Source of the DNA: a bacterium
Lineage (GTDB): Bacteria; UBA8248
Direction of reading: 5' to 3'
Assembly (NCBI GenBank): GCA_965261085.1
Contig: OZ253442.1
Location: 3,648,001-3,712,000, forward strand
DNA length: 64,000 bases
Of the stretch, positions 1 through 9,500 are shown in pieces. The position numbers and the translations under genes are program-made. The number at the start of each line of letters is the position of its first letter. Positions within the stretch are counted from its first letter, which is position 1. Under the pieces are notes generated by a model. It searched no databases. It was not told the DNA's origin and saw only the letters and a list, made by a program, of their open reading frames with translations.

Positions 1-708
1 CGGTATGTTCAGCTTCTCCGCCAGGGCGATGAGTTCTTTCGACGCCCCCGATGAGCGAACGCCGCCGCCTGCGACGATGACGGGCCGTTCAGCCTTTTCC
101 AGCAGTTCGACCGCTTTTTTCACGCGCGCCGGCTCGGGTTCGGGCCGGTAGGGAGGAAGCTCCTTGAAGTCTTCCTCGATGATCACCTCCATCTCGGCCT
201 CCCCGATGTCGAGTTGCCCCTCGTTGCCTGCGAATTGCAGATGCACGGGCCCCGGACAACCCGAGGTGGCGACCCGGAAAGCCTGGCGGATCATGTCCGG
301 AAAGCGCGAGACGTCATCCACCGTAGCGTTGAACTTCGTCACCGGCTCGAAAGCGGGAACGTCGTCCACCTCCTGATAAACCTTTCGGAACTTGGTCTCG
401 GGCACGCGCCCGCCCGTGAAGGCCAAGACGGGGGATTTCGCCAGATAGGCATCCCGCAGGCCCGCCGCCAGATTCAGCGCGCCGATGACCTGCGCCATGC
501 AGACGCCGGGCTTCTTGCCCGCGCGCGCGTAGCCGTCCGCCATGTAGGCGGCGGATTTCTCGCCGTGCGTCTGGATGCGGGCGATGTTCGTACGCTCTTC
601 CATCTCGGCCATCGAGCGCCTGAGAACGGCGGGAACCAAAAAAGTGTGAGTCACGCCATAACCCTTGAGCATCTCGGCCATGACCTGGGCGCCTGTCATT
701 TTAGGCAT
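1..708 (-). CDS. Thiamine pyrophosphate-binding protein (acetolactate synthase-like), 3' part outside window
   Basis: Manual translation from ATG at 708: MPKMTGAQVMAEMLKGYGVTHTFLVP...HGEKSAAYMADGYARAGKKPGVC, the TPP-enzyme N-terminal motif; open to the window edge. Confidence 0.9.
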   Translation of the reverse strand, partial: MPKMTGAQVMAEMLKGYGVTHTFLVPAVLRRSMAEMEERTNIARIQTHGEKSAAYMADGYARAGKKPGVCMAQVIGALNLAAGLRDAYLAKSPVLAFTGGRVPETKFRKVYQEVDDVPAFEPVTKFNATVDDVSRFPDMIRQAFRVATSGCPGPVHLQFAGNEGQLDIGEAEMEVIIEEDFKELPPYRPEPEPARVKKAVELLEKAERPVIVAGGGVRSSGASKELIALAEKLNIP

Positions 709-823
709 TCGCAATATCTCCTTGTCTGTACACAAAATTGATTAGGACGACGAAATACGAAACCACCAGTTTCGGATTTTTCAGGGAATACCAGATAGAA
801 TTATCAGCTAAGAAGCGAAAAAT

Positions 824-1750
824 CTAGCCGCCCAGGGCATCGCGCACGGCGGCGGGAATCTCGCGCATGTCCTCCACCACGGTGGCGCCCGCTTCCTTGA
901 GAAGCGCCTTTTTCCGCGCGGGAGAACCCTCCCCGCGTTCGATGATGGCCGCCGCGTGGCCGAAGCTCACCCCGCTCGGGGCGGACTCGTTAATCATCCC
1001 CGCAATGAAGGCGACCACAGGCTTGGTGAAGCCGCCCTCGCCCATCAGGCGCGCCGCGTCCTCTTCTGCGCATGAACCCGGCTCGCCGAAGAGGACGACG
1101 CACTCCGTATCGGGATCGTCCTCGAACAGGGGCATGAGTTCTGAAAAAGGAGCGCCCACCATCGCGTCTCCCCCCACGCTCACGTAGGTGCTCTGGCCGA
1201 TTCCCTCCCGGCTCAGGAGCCAGCAGGTCTCGCTGCCCATTCCCCCGCTTCTGCTCAGCACGCCCACCGGCCCCTTTTGGAACAAGAGGTTCGTGACGGG
1301 CAAATCACCGCCCGTGCCGCCCATCTTCGCCCGTCCTGGGCTGATGACGCCCTGGCTGTTGGGACCCACGAGCCGCACCCCCGCGCGTCTGGCATGGGCG
1401 ATCATTAGCGCCACGTCGTGTTGGGGAACCCCTTCGGCGCATACGAGGATCATCCCGATTCCTGCTCCCGCCGCCTCGATGGCCGATTCCGCAGCCGCAG
1501 CCGCAGGCACGAACAAGACGGCGGCGTCCGCCGGATGTTCATCAAGAGCAGTGGCGAACGAATCGTAAACGGGCGCGCCGTCACAATCCTCGCCCGCGCG
1601 CCCCGGCACCACGCCGGCCACCACGCGGGTGCCGTACTTGCGCATAAACCCGGTATGGGCGCGCGCCTGCCAGCCGGTGATGCCCGCCACGACGACGCGC
1701 GTGGCCTCACCAACGAGGATGCTCAAGACCCGCCTCCTGTGCCCATCCAC
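824..1750 (-). CDS. Succinyl-CoA synthetase alpha-subunit-like CoA ligase
   Basis: GITG..A..HT, LVGPN, SRSGG and phospho-His motif FGHAAA of the SucD family. Confidence 0.9.
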   Translation of the reverse strand: MDGHRRRVLSILVGEATRVVVAGITGWQARAHTGFMRKYGTRVVAGVVPGRAGEDCDGAPVYDSFATALDEHPADAAVLFVPAAAAAESAIEAAGAGIGMILVCAEGVPQHDVALMIAHARRAGVRLVGPNSQGVISPGRAKMGGTGGDLPVTNLLFQKGPVGVLSRSGGMGSETCWLLSREGIGQSTYVSVGGDAMVGAPFSELMPLFEDDPDTECVVLFGEPGSCAEEDAARLMGEGGFTKPVVAFIAGMINESAPSGVSFGHAAAIIERGEGSPARKKALLKEAGATVVEDMREIPAAVRDALGG

Positions 1751-2970
1751 GACTCTCCGCGCTTTACCGCCTCGACCTGGGAGACGATGCGCTCGGCCGC
1801 TTCTTCGAGCGTCACCTCATCGCCCAGATACTGAAGACCCGGGCACGTTCGGGCGATCTCACGCGCCTCTTCTCCGCCTGCGCCCGCGAAACGCACGATA
1901 AAGGGGAATTCAGAGAGATCGACCCCCGTCTCCTTAACGGCGCGGGCGATGGCGCGGACCTTGAGCTGAACGCGCGAGAAACTCGTGATGTTGCTCCCCG
2001 CGAGCGCGCCCTTTACGTTCGGCATCCCGAGAATCTCTTTGGTGATCTCGAAATACTTCTCCTCCAGAGGACCCGGCGTAATGTCGAACGCCGTCGCGGG
2101 CTTTCCGCCCAGGCGCTCCATCGTGTCCAGGAGATACAAACCGCCGCCTCCCCCGCTCCACATGAGGGCGATTTCCCCGTCATCGATCTCCGTGAAGCGC
2201 GCCGTGTTGAACGGAGGTATTCTGGCGTCTATCTCCGCTACCCTCGCCTCGATGGGGGTGGGCGGACGCCAGCCGCCGCCTGAGCCTTCATCGAGCAGCG
2301 CAACCAGTTCGGGATGGCGAAACAAGGCGTCCGCGTCCAAATCCAGCACGCACGCGGCGGCTACGACTTCCTCCGCATCGCTCAGAACAAGCGGATTCAC
2401 CTCCAGAACCCGCGCCTCGGTGCGGCGGAAAAGCCCATAGCAGGCCTCCAAGGCGAGGGCCGCCCGGTAGAGGGACTCCCCGTGCACGCCGCAGGCGCGG
2501 AGAAAAGAAATACACCTCTCCTCGCTCAGGCCGTCTAAGATATCGACTTCCATCCGCTTGAGCGCTTCGGGGTTTTCCTCCAAAAGCGCCTCGATCTCCA
2601 CGCCGCCCTCGGTGCTGAACATCACGAGCGGCCCGCGCGATGCGCTGTCGAAGGCGATGGAGAGATACCATTCCTGCACGATCCCGATTTTCTCCTCGAC
2701 CAGCAGACGCTTGACGGGAAAATGATGCACCACCCGGCCCAGAAGTTCGCCGGCCGCTCTTTCCGCCTCATCGGGCGTATCCGCAGCGAGAATCGCGCCC
2801 GCCTTACCGCGCTTTCCCACCGGAACCAACGCCTTCACCATCACGGGGCCGCCGATTGCGCGCGCAGCCTCCGCCGCTTCTGCGGGCGTATGCGCCGAGC
2901 GGCCACGCGGGACGCGCACGCCCGCATCGCTTAAAAGCGTTTTGGCCTTATCCTCGAACACGCGGGGCAT
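1723..2970 (-). CDS. Succinyl-CoA synthetase beta-subunit-like ATP-grasp CoA ligase
   Basis: VKALVPVGKRGKAGAI, EGGVEIE, LEVNPL, DADALFRHP; overlaps the alpha gene. Confidence 0.9.
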   Translation of the reverse strand: MPRVFEDKAKTLLSDAGVRVPRGRSAHTPAEAAEAARAIGGPVMVKALVPVGKRGKAGAILAADTPDEAERAAGELLGRVVHHFPVKRLLVEEKIGIVQEWYLSIAFDSASRGPLVMFSTEGGVEIEALLEENPEALKRMEVDILDGLSEERCISFLRACGVHGESLYRAALALEACYGLFRRTEARVLEVNPLVLSDAEEVVAAACVLDLDADALFRHPELVALLDEGSGGGWRPPTPIEARVAEIDARIPPFNTARFTEIDDGEIALMWSGGGGGLYLLDTMERLGGKPATAFDITPGPLEEKYFEITKEILGMPNVKGALAGSNITSFSRVQLKVRAIARAVKETGVDLSEFPFIVRFAGAGGEEAREIARTCPGLQYLGDEVTLEEAAERIVSQVEAVKRGESWMGTGGGS

Positions 2971-3002
2971 ATCTATCGCACCAAAACAGGATGGGAGTGG
3001 GT

Positions 3003-3797
3003 TTACAGAATGGCTACGGGACGGACGGGCGAACCCGTGCCGCCGCGCACCTTGAGCGGCAGGCAGACGAAGAGAAATTCATAGGCCCGGGCCCGGCTCA
3101 ACTCCTCGAGCACGGCCACTTCGAGCAGATGTATTCCGCTGTCCACCAGCATGTGGCAGTGCACCGGCAAGGAGGGGGCCGGCAGGACTTCCACCGCGAA
3201 GTTATCGCTGCCCGCCATGAAGATGCCTTGATCCGAGAGCCACTTCGCAGCGTCCAGGTCGATTCCAGGCGCGCCGCCTTTTTGAAAATAATAGTTCCGG
3301 CCCGGCCAGTGGCGCATGTGCCCGGTGCGCACCAGGACGACGTCGCCTTCTTCCACCCTGACCCCCTGGGCGGCGGCGACCGCTTCGAGTTCACCCGTCG
3401 TAATGGGGCGGCCCGCTTCGAGCACGTCTTGTTTGAAATGCGCCGCCATGTCGAGCATCACCCCGCGCCTCACCACGGGCGCCACGCTCTCGATGCCGTG
3501 GACTTTGAGACCCTCGGTCTTGCTCTGGGAGGCGACGGCGTCCACGCCGCCGTGGAGCTTCATGTCCTGCGCGATGTGGCCGAGGGCGTCGATGTGCGTG
3601 CCCGTGTGGCCGGTGCAGAAGAACGTATCCACCGCCGAGCACGCCCCGCCTGAATACATGAAGTCGCCGTGTTCCCTGATCATCGAGTACCCGAACGGGC
3701 CGTGGAGCGGCACGTGCGGCATTCCGGGGAAAAGCTCGACGCCCAAATCGAACACTTTACTGCCGCGCGCGATGGCGCGTACGTCTTCTATGTTCAT
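3003..3797 (-). CDS. Cyclase family (kynurenine formamidase-like) metal-dependent hydrolase
   Basis: HTGTHIDALGH motif; C-terminal PLKVRGGTGSPVRPVA. Confidence 0.9.
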   Translation of the reverse strand: MNIEDVRAIARGSKVFDLGVELFPGMPHVPLHGPFGYSMIREHGDFMYSGGACSAVDTFFCTGHTGTHIDALGHIAQDMKLHGGVDAVASQSKTEGLKVHGIESVAPVVRRGVMLDMAAHFKQDVLEAGRPITTGELEAVAAAQGVRVEEGDVVLVRTGHMRHWPGRNYYFQKGGAPGIDLDAAKWLSDQGIFMAGSDNFAVEVLPAPSLPVHCHMLVDSGIHLLEVAVLEELSRARAYEFLFVCLPLKVRGGTGSPVRPVAIL

Positions 3798-3895
3798 CGT
3801 GACCTCATCAGAAATTCAGGTAATAAATCCTTGACGCATGTCGTCTCATTTTTTTTCTTTCACCCGTCATAAGATATTCACAATCCCTATTCGGG

Positions 3896-4549
3896 TTAGT
3901 CGTCCTCGTAAACCCCGCCGTCGCTGCTCTCCGGAAAAACTTCACGGTAAATATCCGAGAGATTTCTGCCTTCGAAAGTCCAGCGCCCACACGGATTAGC
4001 CGAGTAATTCAGGTCCAGGGCCATGTTTGTTGCAGCCGTCAAAGACATTTCCTCGCCACGAAACGACACCTTTTTCTCTCCAATCACGATCGCTTTCTCG
4101 TGTGCGCCATTCGTGGACACCAGTTCCGAACCATCTGGAATTCCCATGACCCTAAAATTCAAATTCGGTCTGTGATTGCGTCTTTTGAATTTCCTCGCAT
4201 CCTCTTTTTCTTCGGAAGACAAATCTTTATCCAAGTCACGCTCAATCTCCGGGGTTACGTCTCGGGCGTCCGGCCAGATTTTGAGAAGAGCCTCTACTTG
4301 GGAACTCCCTACTTCAAAGAACTCTCGGGAACGACTCAGTCTGTGCGGCTCGAATGCGACATGAAGGGCTTTCTCGAGTTCATCCCCCTTTTCTTCAACC
4401 TCGACCGCGATGGTGCAATCGAACGGAAGGGGAACGCCTGTCGTATACAATTCTTTCATTCTCGCCTGGAGGTCATCCCGCGTCGTCTTGCCGATCTTGA
4501 TGAGGTCGGGCATAGCCGGGTTAGTCAGAACATAAACAATGACGGACAC
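3896..4549 (-). CDS. GIY-YIG / T5orf172-domain nuclease-like protein
   Basis: VYVLTNPAMPDLIKIGKT...RMKELYTTGVPLPF...EKALH...REFF. Confidence 0.8.
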   Translation of the reverse strand: MSVIVYVLTNPAMPDLIKIGKTTRDDLQARMKELYTTGVPLPFDCTIAVEVEEKGDELEKALHVAFEPHRLSRSREFFEVGSSQVEALLKIWPDARDVTPEIERDLDKDLSSEEKEDARKFKRRNHRPNLNFRVMGIPDGSELVSTNGAHEKAIVIGEKKVSFRGEEMSLTAATNMALDLNYSANPCGRWTFEGRNLSDIYREVFPESSDGGVYEDD

Positions 4550-4806
4550 GCTCTCTCCCTTTCAGCGATCTTGAGACCCCACGAAACCGCCACTGCGGTG
4601 GTCTATTACACGGAGAGCCGTCCCCGTTTCTCAAGTCCACTACCAGAGCAACTTAGCAGGACAAACTGTTACTTTCTTTTATTCCCTAGCCAATAGCACC
4701 GGAGGTGTTTTGGTTACTATAGCTTTGCGTCTCGCCATCCGGCAAGGTAAACATCAAGGGCGGAAATGAACACTCATCTCATCGAAATTCCCTGGAGCGG
4801 CGGCGC

Positions 4807-5229
4807 ATGAATTATTGGGCATACGTTCATCCGGCTTTTCAGATTGCCACGCTTTCGCTGGGCCTGATCACTCTGGCCAACGGCTTGCGCGTGAGGCGTT
4901 CCCGAAGGGGAGGAGCCGGACCCGAGACGGCGCGCATCGCCCGCCTTCACATGCGGCTCGGGCGATGGTTCATCGCTTTTTTCTCGGCGGGCTACGCTTT
5001 GGGGCTGGGCGGGATGCGCTTCGCCCTGGAAGGGCCCCTCTACGAGACGGCGCACAGCTATTTCGCCACCCTGGCCCTGGGCTTGTTCTGGACGACGGCC
5101 TATCTGGGACGAAGACTGAGAAAAAATCTCAAAAACGACGATTTGCGGCAGATTCACTCCTATTGCGGGTTTCTGGCCGTTTTTCTCGCCCTGTTCGTCG
5201 CTTTTTTGGGGATGCGCCTACTCCCCTAG
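4807..5229 (+). CDS. DUF4079-like 4-TM membrane protein (cytochrome b561-like His pattern)
   Basis: Hydrophobic segments with His at HP, RLHMRLG, TAHSYF and RQIHSY. Confidence 0.65.
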   Translation: MNYWAYVHPAFQIATLSLGLITLANGLRVRRSRRGGAGPETARIARLHMRLGRWFIAFFSAGYALGLGGMRFALEGPLYETAHSYFATLALGLFWTTAYLGRRLRKNLKNDDLRQIHSYCGFLAVFLALFVAFLGMRLLP

Positions 5230-5472
5230 CGTCCTCGATTCTGATAGAATTAGGAGGGAGCCGCCGCTTCAAGAAGCAGGAAAATTCTCCATGTCCTTAT
5301 TCTCGCTCTCGTCTTCATGCCCCATGATTATCATGGCCGGCAATCAGACATTTTGCCCGGCGCAAACCTTTCGTGTATCCTGCAATCCATTGGCTCGACC
5401 AACACCCAAAATTCAAGAAATAGCGGACGACGAAAATTCGTATCGCAATTATCCCTCCATGGAGGAAGAATT

Positions 5473-6426
5473 ATGCTGAGAAAATCGTGGTTCATCCTGT
5501 TCGCCGCGCTCCTCATCGCCTCGCTTTGGGCCGCCCTTCCGGCCCAGGCGGCGAACCCATGCGCCAAGAACCCGTGCGCGGCGAAAAATCCGTGCGCGTC
5601 AAATCCTTGTGCGAAAAACCCCTGCGCTAAAAATCCTTGCGCAAAAAATCCCTGTGCAAAGAACCCATGCGCCAAGAACCCCTGCGCAGGAAATCCGTGT
5701 GCTGCCAAGAACCCTTGTGCTAAAAACCCCTGTGGCGCGAACCCGTGCGCGAAGGCGGCGAAGAACCCCTGTGGCGCGAACCCATGCGCCAAGGCGGCGA
5801 AAAACCCTTGTGGCGGGAATCCGTGCAACCCTTGTGCGGGCGGCGCGGCCCGGGCGAGGAGCGAGGCCGTCATGCTCGTCGGCCAGGTCACCGGCTACAG
5901 CAAGGGCTATCTGGGCGTGCGCACCTCCGCCGGCAAGAACGTGAGCGTCCACGTGGTGAAAACCACGCTGGCGCACAGGGGGCCGAAACCGATCAGCGCA
6001 GCCTCCATCAAGGCCGGAACCCGGGTGAACATCTCCACCCAGGCCAGGGGCGGCTACTACAAGGCGAACTTCATCTACGCCCTCGTAAGCGGCGGAGGTA
6101 ATCCCTGCGGCGCCAACCCCTGTGGCGGTAACCCCTGCGCCAAAAATCCCTGCGCCGGCAACCCTTGCGCGAAGACCGCCAAGAACCCTTGCGGGGGAAA
6201 CCCCTGCGCAGCGAAAAATCCTTGCGGGGCCAATCCATGCGCCAAGAAAAACCCGTGCGGCGCAAACCCCTGCGCAGCCAAGAACCCTTGCGCCAGTAAC
6301 CCGTGCGCGAAAAAAAATCCGTGTGGTGGGAACCCTTGCGCGAAAAACCCGTGCGCCGCCAAGAATCCTTGTGCGGCGAAGAATCCGTGCGCCAAGAATC
6401 CTTGCGCTCCGGGAGGGAAAAAATAG
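5473..6426 (+). CDS. Exported Cys-rich protein with two Asn-Pro-Cys repeat arms (about 18 and 19 NPC) flanking a small beta (DUF5666/OB-like) domain
   Basis: GGAGG RBS at 5461, ATG 5473, signal peptide ending AQA, repeats (A/G)(A/K)KNPC. Confidence 0.85.
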   Translation: MLRKSWFILFAALLIASLWAALPAQAANPCAKNPCAAKNPCASNPCAKNPCAKNPCAKNPCAKNPCAKNPCAGNPCAAKNPCAKNPCGANPCAKAAKNPCGANPCAKAAKNPCGGNPCNPCAGGAARARSEAVMLVGQVTGYSKGYLGVRTSAGKNVSVHVVKTTLAHRGPKPISAASIKAGTRVNISTQARGGYYKANFIYALVSGGGNPCGANPCGGNPCAKNPCAGNPCAKTAKNPCGGNPCAAKNPCGANPCAKKNPCGANPCAAKNPCASNPCAKKNPCGGNPCAKNPCAAKNPCAAKNPCAKNPCAPGGKK

Positions 6427-6500
6427 AAATGCCTCCACGCGCGGTGCGTGGAGTTTGACTTTTCTTGAAGTCGGATTTTTCCATATCCTGCAAGGAGAAA

Positions 6501-7358
6501 ATGATGAAGACAGCAAAGTGGGGCATCATTCTCGCCGTGGCCTTAGGCCTGATGATTCCATCGGCCGCCCAGGCGGCGGAAAAGAAGGCGACTATCACGC
6601 CGCCGCCCTTTTTCTTCACCCAGCAACGCGACGCCAGCGTGAAGGACTCCGTCACCCGGGGCAAGAAAATCTTCAGAGACATAGGCTGCGTGGGCTGCCA
6701 CCCCCGGGGCCGCACCGTCGGCGGCACCGCCGTGGACATCATGGGCTTCAGGAACCCGGTGCCCATTCCCACCCTCATGGGAGCGGCGGATCACTTCCCG
6801 CGCCTGAGTCCGGCAAGCCAGGTGGTGAACGTCGGGCAGTTCAACGACCTTTGCTCCACGACGTTCATCGGCAATCCGCCCATGGACCCCTATTCCCAGA
6901 GATACAAGGACCTCGAATCCTACGTGGTTTCGCTCTCCCGCGCGCGATACAAGCGGATGCTCGACTGGGAGGCGAAGCGCAAGGCGTTCATGAAGACGGT
7001 GCAGCCCGCGGCCGGTGGGGGGAACCCCTGCGGAGCCAACCCCTGCGCAGCCAAGAACCCTTGCGGGGGTAATCCTTGCGCCAAGAATCCATGCGCGGCG
7101 AAGAATCCCTGCGCCGCCAAGAACCCGTGCGCGTCAAAAAACCCCTGCGCGGGGATAAATCCTTGCGCCAAAAATCCGTGCGCGGCTAAGAATCCCTGTG
7201 CGGCCAAAAATCCTTGTGCGGCGAAGAACCCCTGCGCTGCCAAAAATCCTTGTGCGAAGAACCCTTGCGCTGCGAAAAACCCCTGCGCTAAGAATCCTTG
7301 CGCGAAAAACCCGTGCGCGGCAAAGAATCCGTGCGCAAAGAATCCATGCAAGAAATAA
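6501..7358 (+). CDS. Exported monohaem cytochrome c (SoxA/TsdA-like His/Cys type) with a C-terminal tail of about 20 NPC repeats
   Basis: AAGGAG RBS, signal peptide, CVGCH, FP...NDLC...LESYVVSL pattern, NPC tail. Confidence 0.85.
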   Translation: MMKTAKWGIILAVALGLMIPSAAQAAEKKATITPPPFFFTQQRDASVKDSVTRGKKIFRDIGCVGCHPRGRTVGGTAVDIMGFRNPVPIPTLMGAADHFPRLSPASQVVNVGQFNDLCSTTFIGNPPMDPYSQRYKDLESYVVSLSRARYKRMLDWEAKRKAFMKTVQPAAGGGNPCGANPCAAKNPCGGNPCAKNPCAAKNPCAAKNPCASKNPCAGINPCAKNPCAAKNPCAAKNPCAAKNPCAAKNPCAKNPCAAKNPCAKNPCAKNPCAAKNPCAKNPCKK

Positions 7359-7496
7359 TGGAGGCTTAGCCGACATATTCGGATGAGCATCCGGCGCGCG
7401 CGCGTTTGAGACACCGCCTCCCCGCATCGATCGGGGATGGCGGAGTCTCCGCGCCTGCGTCCCATATCGACGAGACCGATGAAAGAGGACGGGAGA

Positions 7497-8297
7497 ATGA
7501 AGTTTCTGAAGAAAAGGGGGTTGTGGATCGTCGTGGCTCTCGCGTGGAGCCTCATCGCGCCCGCCGGTTCTCTTGCCGCCAAGAGAATACCTCCCAAGAC
7601 CGAGACGGCGAAGCAAAACGGCGCGGACTACTGGCTGGGCAAGGAAATCTATGAGGAAATCTGTTTTTCCTGCCACGGCAGCAAGGGTGACGGGAAGGGC
7701 CCTAGCTGGCGGAGTTCGAGGCCGAGACCGCAGGTGTTCATCAGCCCCTACATGAGGCGCATGACGGATGACTACATCTTCTCCATCGTGAAGTTCGGCA
7801 AGATGAATGTCTTGAAAAACCAGACGAAGGGCCACAAGATAAAAAACGGCGTCCCCACCGCCATGCCCTCGTTCGGCGAAGTGCTCGAAGACGACCAGAT
7901 AAGAAAGCTCATCAAATGGGAGCGCGGCTTCACGAGCGGCAAACAGCCCAAGGATGAGGAGTCGAAAGGGATCTTCATCGACGCCTGCTCCCAGTGCCAC
8001 GGCAAACAGGGCTTCGGCAACGGAATCCGTCCCGTGGAGGATCAGGACCCCGAAAAACCGTTCATCAGCCACATTCAGCCGCCGCCGATGAACTATCACC
8101 TAAAAGAGCAGATGGCGCGCTTTGACGACGAATTCCTCTTCTGGCTCATCAAGTTCGGCCGCATCGACGTCACCGAGATGAAGAAGTTCGACTTCATGAA
8201 GGCCTACGGCCACGTGCTGAGCGATGAGGAGATATGGTCGGTCGTCCAGTATGTCCGCGAAACGTTCATCGACGGCAAGCCGAGAAAGAAGAAATAG
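7497..8297 (+). CDS. Exported dihaem cytochrome c
   Basis: Signal peptide; CFSCHG and CSQCHG; AMPSFGEVL and LSDEEIWSVVQYVR class I cytochrome c helices. Confidence 0.9.
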   Translation: MKFLKKRGLWIVVALAWSLIAPAGSLAAKRIPPKTETAKQNGADYWLGKEIYEEICFSCHGSKGDGKGPSWRSSRPRPQVFISPYMRRMTDDYIFSIVKFGKMNVLKNQTKGHKIKNGVPTAMPSFGEVLEDDQIRKLIKWERGFTSGKQPKDEESKGIFIDACSQCHGKQGFGNGIRPVEDQDPEKPFISHIQPPPMNYHLKEQMARFDDEFLFWLIKFGRIDVTEMKKFDFMKAYGHVLSDEEIWSVVQYVRETFIDGKPRKKK

Positions 8298-8346
8298 GAG
8301 AACCGCCGGATTCCTCCCGATTCCAGACGCCGCCGAGTAGTGGACG

Positions 8347-8773
8347 ATGCGCTTGTGGAGTCTTCACCCGAAATATATCGACGCCAGGGGCCTCGTCGCC
8401 CTGTGGAGAGAAGGCCTCCTCGCCCAGGCGGTTCTCACGGCCAAGACGCGCGGCTACCGCCGCCATCCCCAATTGCTTCGCTTTCACTCAGGCGGCAGAC
8501 CCGCCGCCTTCATCGCCGAATACTTAAGGGCCGTACACGCGGAATCACTCGCACGGGGCTACCGCTTCGACGTAAACAAGACAGGTTGCAGCCGCACTTC
8601 CTCAAAGCTGGAAGTAACAAGCGGCCAGCTCGATTTCGAATGGGCTCATCTCATGAAAAAGCTGGAAACCCGTGCGCCGGAACTACATGAGAGATTGATG
8701 GCGACGGCCTCCCCCCAATCTCATCCCCTGTTCCGCAACGCCCGGCGGGGTTGCGGACTGGGAGCGGCCGTAA
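8347..8773 (+). pseudogene. Pyrimidine dimer DNA glycosylase/endonuclease V family, frameshift near 8737
   Basis: MRLWSLHPKYID..GLVALWREGLLAQAVL...GYRRHPQL; the family-like C-terminus TPGGVADWERP* (TAA 8771-8773) is in another frame. Confidence 0.7.
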
Positions 8774-8860
8774 GTCTCTATTTCAGGACAAGACGAGGCG
8801 CTCGCTTTATGAGAAAATACGCGCGTTGCCCGAAACGTAAGTTCCCTGAGGAGTTTCATC

Positions 8861-9172
8861 ATGAGTCTGAACGTCGAAGCATCGCGAGAGGAGGTCGCCG
8901 CCTTTTGTGAGCGCTGGCAGGTTACACAACTCGCCATTTTCGGCTCGGCGCTGCGGGAAGATTTCGGGCCCGATAGCGACGTAGACCTTCTCGTGAGCTT
9001 CGAAGACGGCGCGCGCCATACGCTCTTTGACATGCACTACATGGAGGAGGAGCTTAAAACGATATTCGGGCGTGAGGTCGATCTCATTGAGCGCGTAGGG
9101 GTCGAACGAAGCCGAAACCACATCCGCCGCGAAGCCATCCTCCAATCCGCCGAGACGATTTATGCGGCGTGA
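8861..9172 (+). CDS. Minimal nucleotidyltransferase (MntA-type antitoxin)
   Basis: IFGSALREDFGPDSDVDLLV...FGREVDL. Confidence 0.9.
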   Translation: MSLNVEASREEVAAFCERWQVTQLAIFGSALREDFGPDSDVDLLVSFEDGARHTLFDMHYMEEELKTIFGREVDLIERVGVERSRNHIRREAILQSAETIYAA

Positions 9173-9500
9173 CGACGCCTGGCTGGTCGACATGTTACAG
9201 GCCGCGAGAGAGGCGGTGGAGTTCGCGAACGGACTGAGCTTCGCGGAATTCGAACAAAACCGCATGGTGCAACTCGCGATCCTGAAAGCTATGGAAATCG
9301 TAGGAGAAGCCGCCTCCCACGTCGGTGCCGACGCACGAGAAGCCTATTCCGAAATTCCCTGGCCTGAAATCGTCGGTATGCGCAATCGTCTCGTGCATGG
9401 ATATTTCAACGTCAATCTGAAGCGTGTGTGGGAAACCGTCCAACAGGACATCCCCCGGCTTATTTCACAACTCGAACGGCTCGCACCGCCGGAGTCTTAG
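9162..9500 (+). CDS. DUF86/HepT HEPN RNase toxin
   Basis: EIVGEAA, IPW..IVGMRNRLVHGY (RX4H); overlaps the MNT gene. Confidence 0.9.
   Translation: MRRDDAWLVDMLQAAREAVEFANGLSFAEFEQNRMVQLAILKAMEIVGEAASHVGADAREAYSEIPWPEIVGMRNRLVHGYFNVNLKRVWETVQQDIPRLISQLERLAPPES

Noticed and set aside
3800-4800. Integron-type cassette boundaries around the low-GC GIY-YIG gene
   Set aside because: No attC-like RYYYAAC...GTTRRRY structure and no integrase found
5331-7597. Minus-strand ORFs with (AQGFF/AHGFL)n repeats
   Set aside because: Antisense shadows of the NPC genes, which have RBSs and signal peptides
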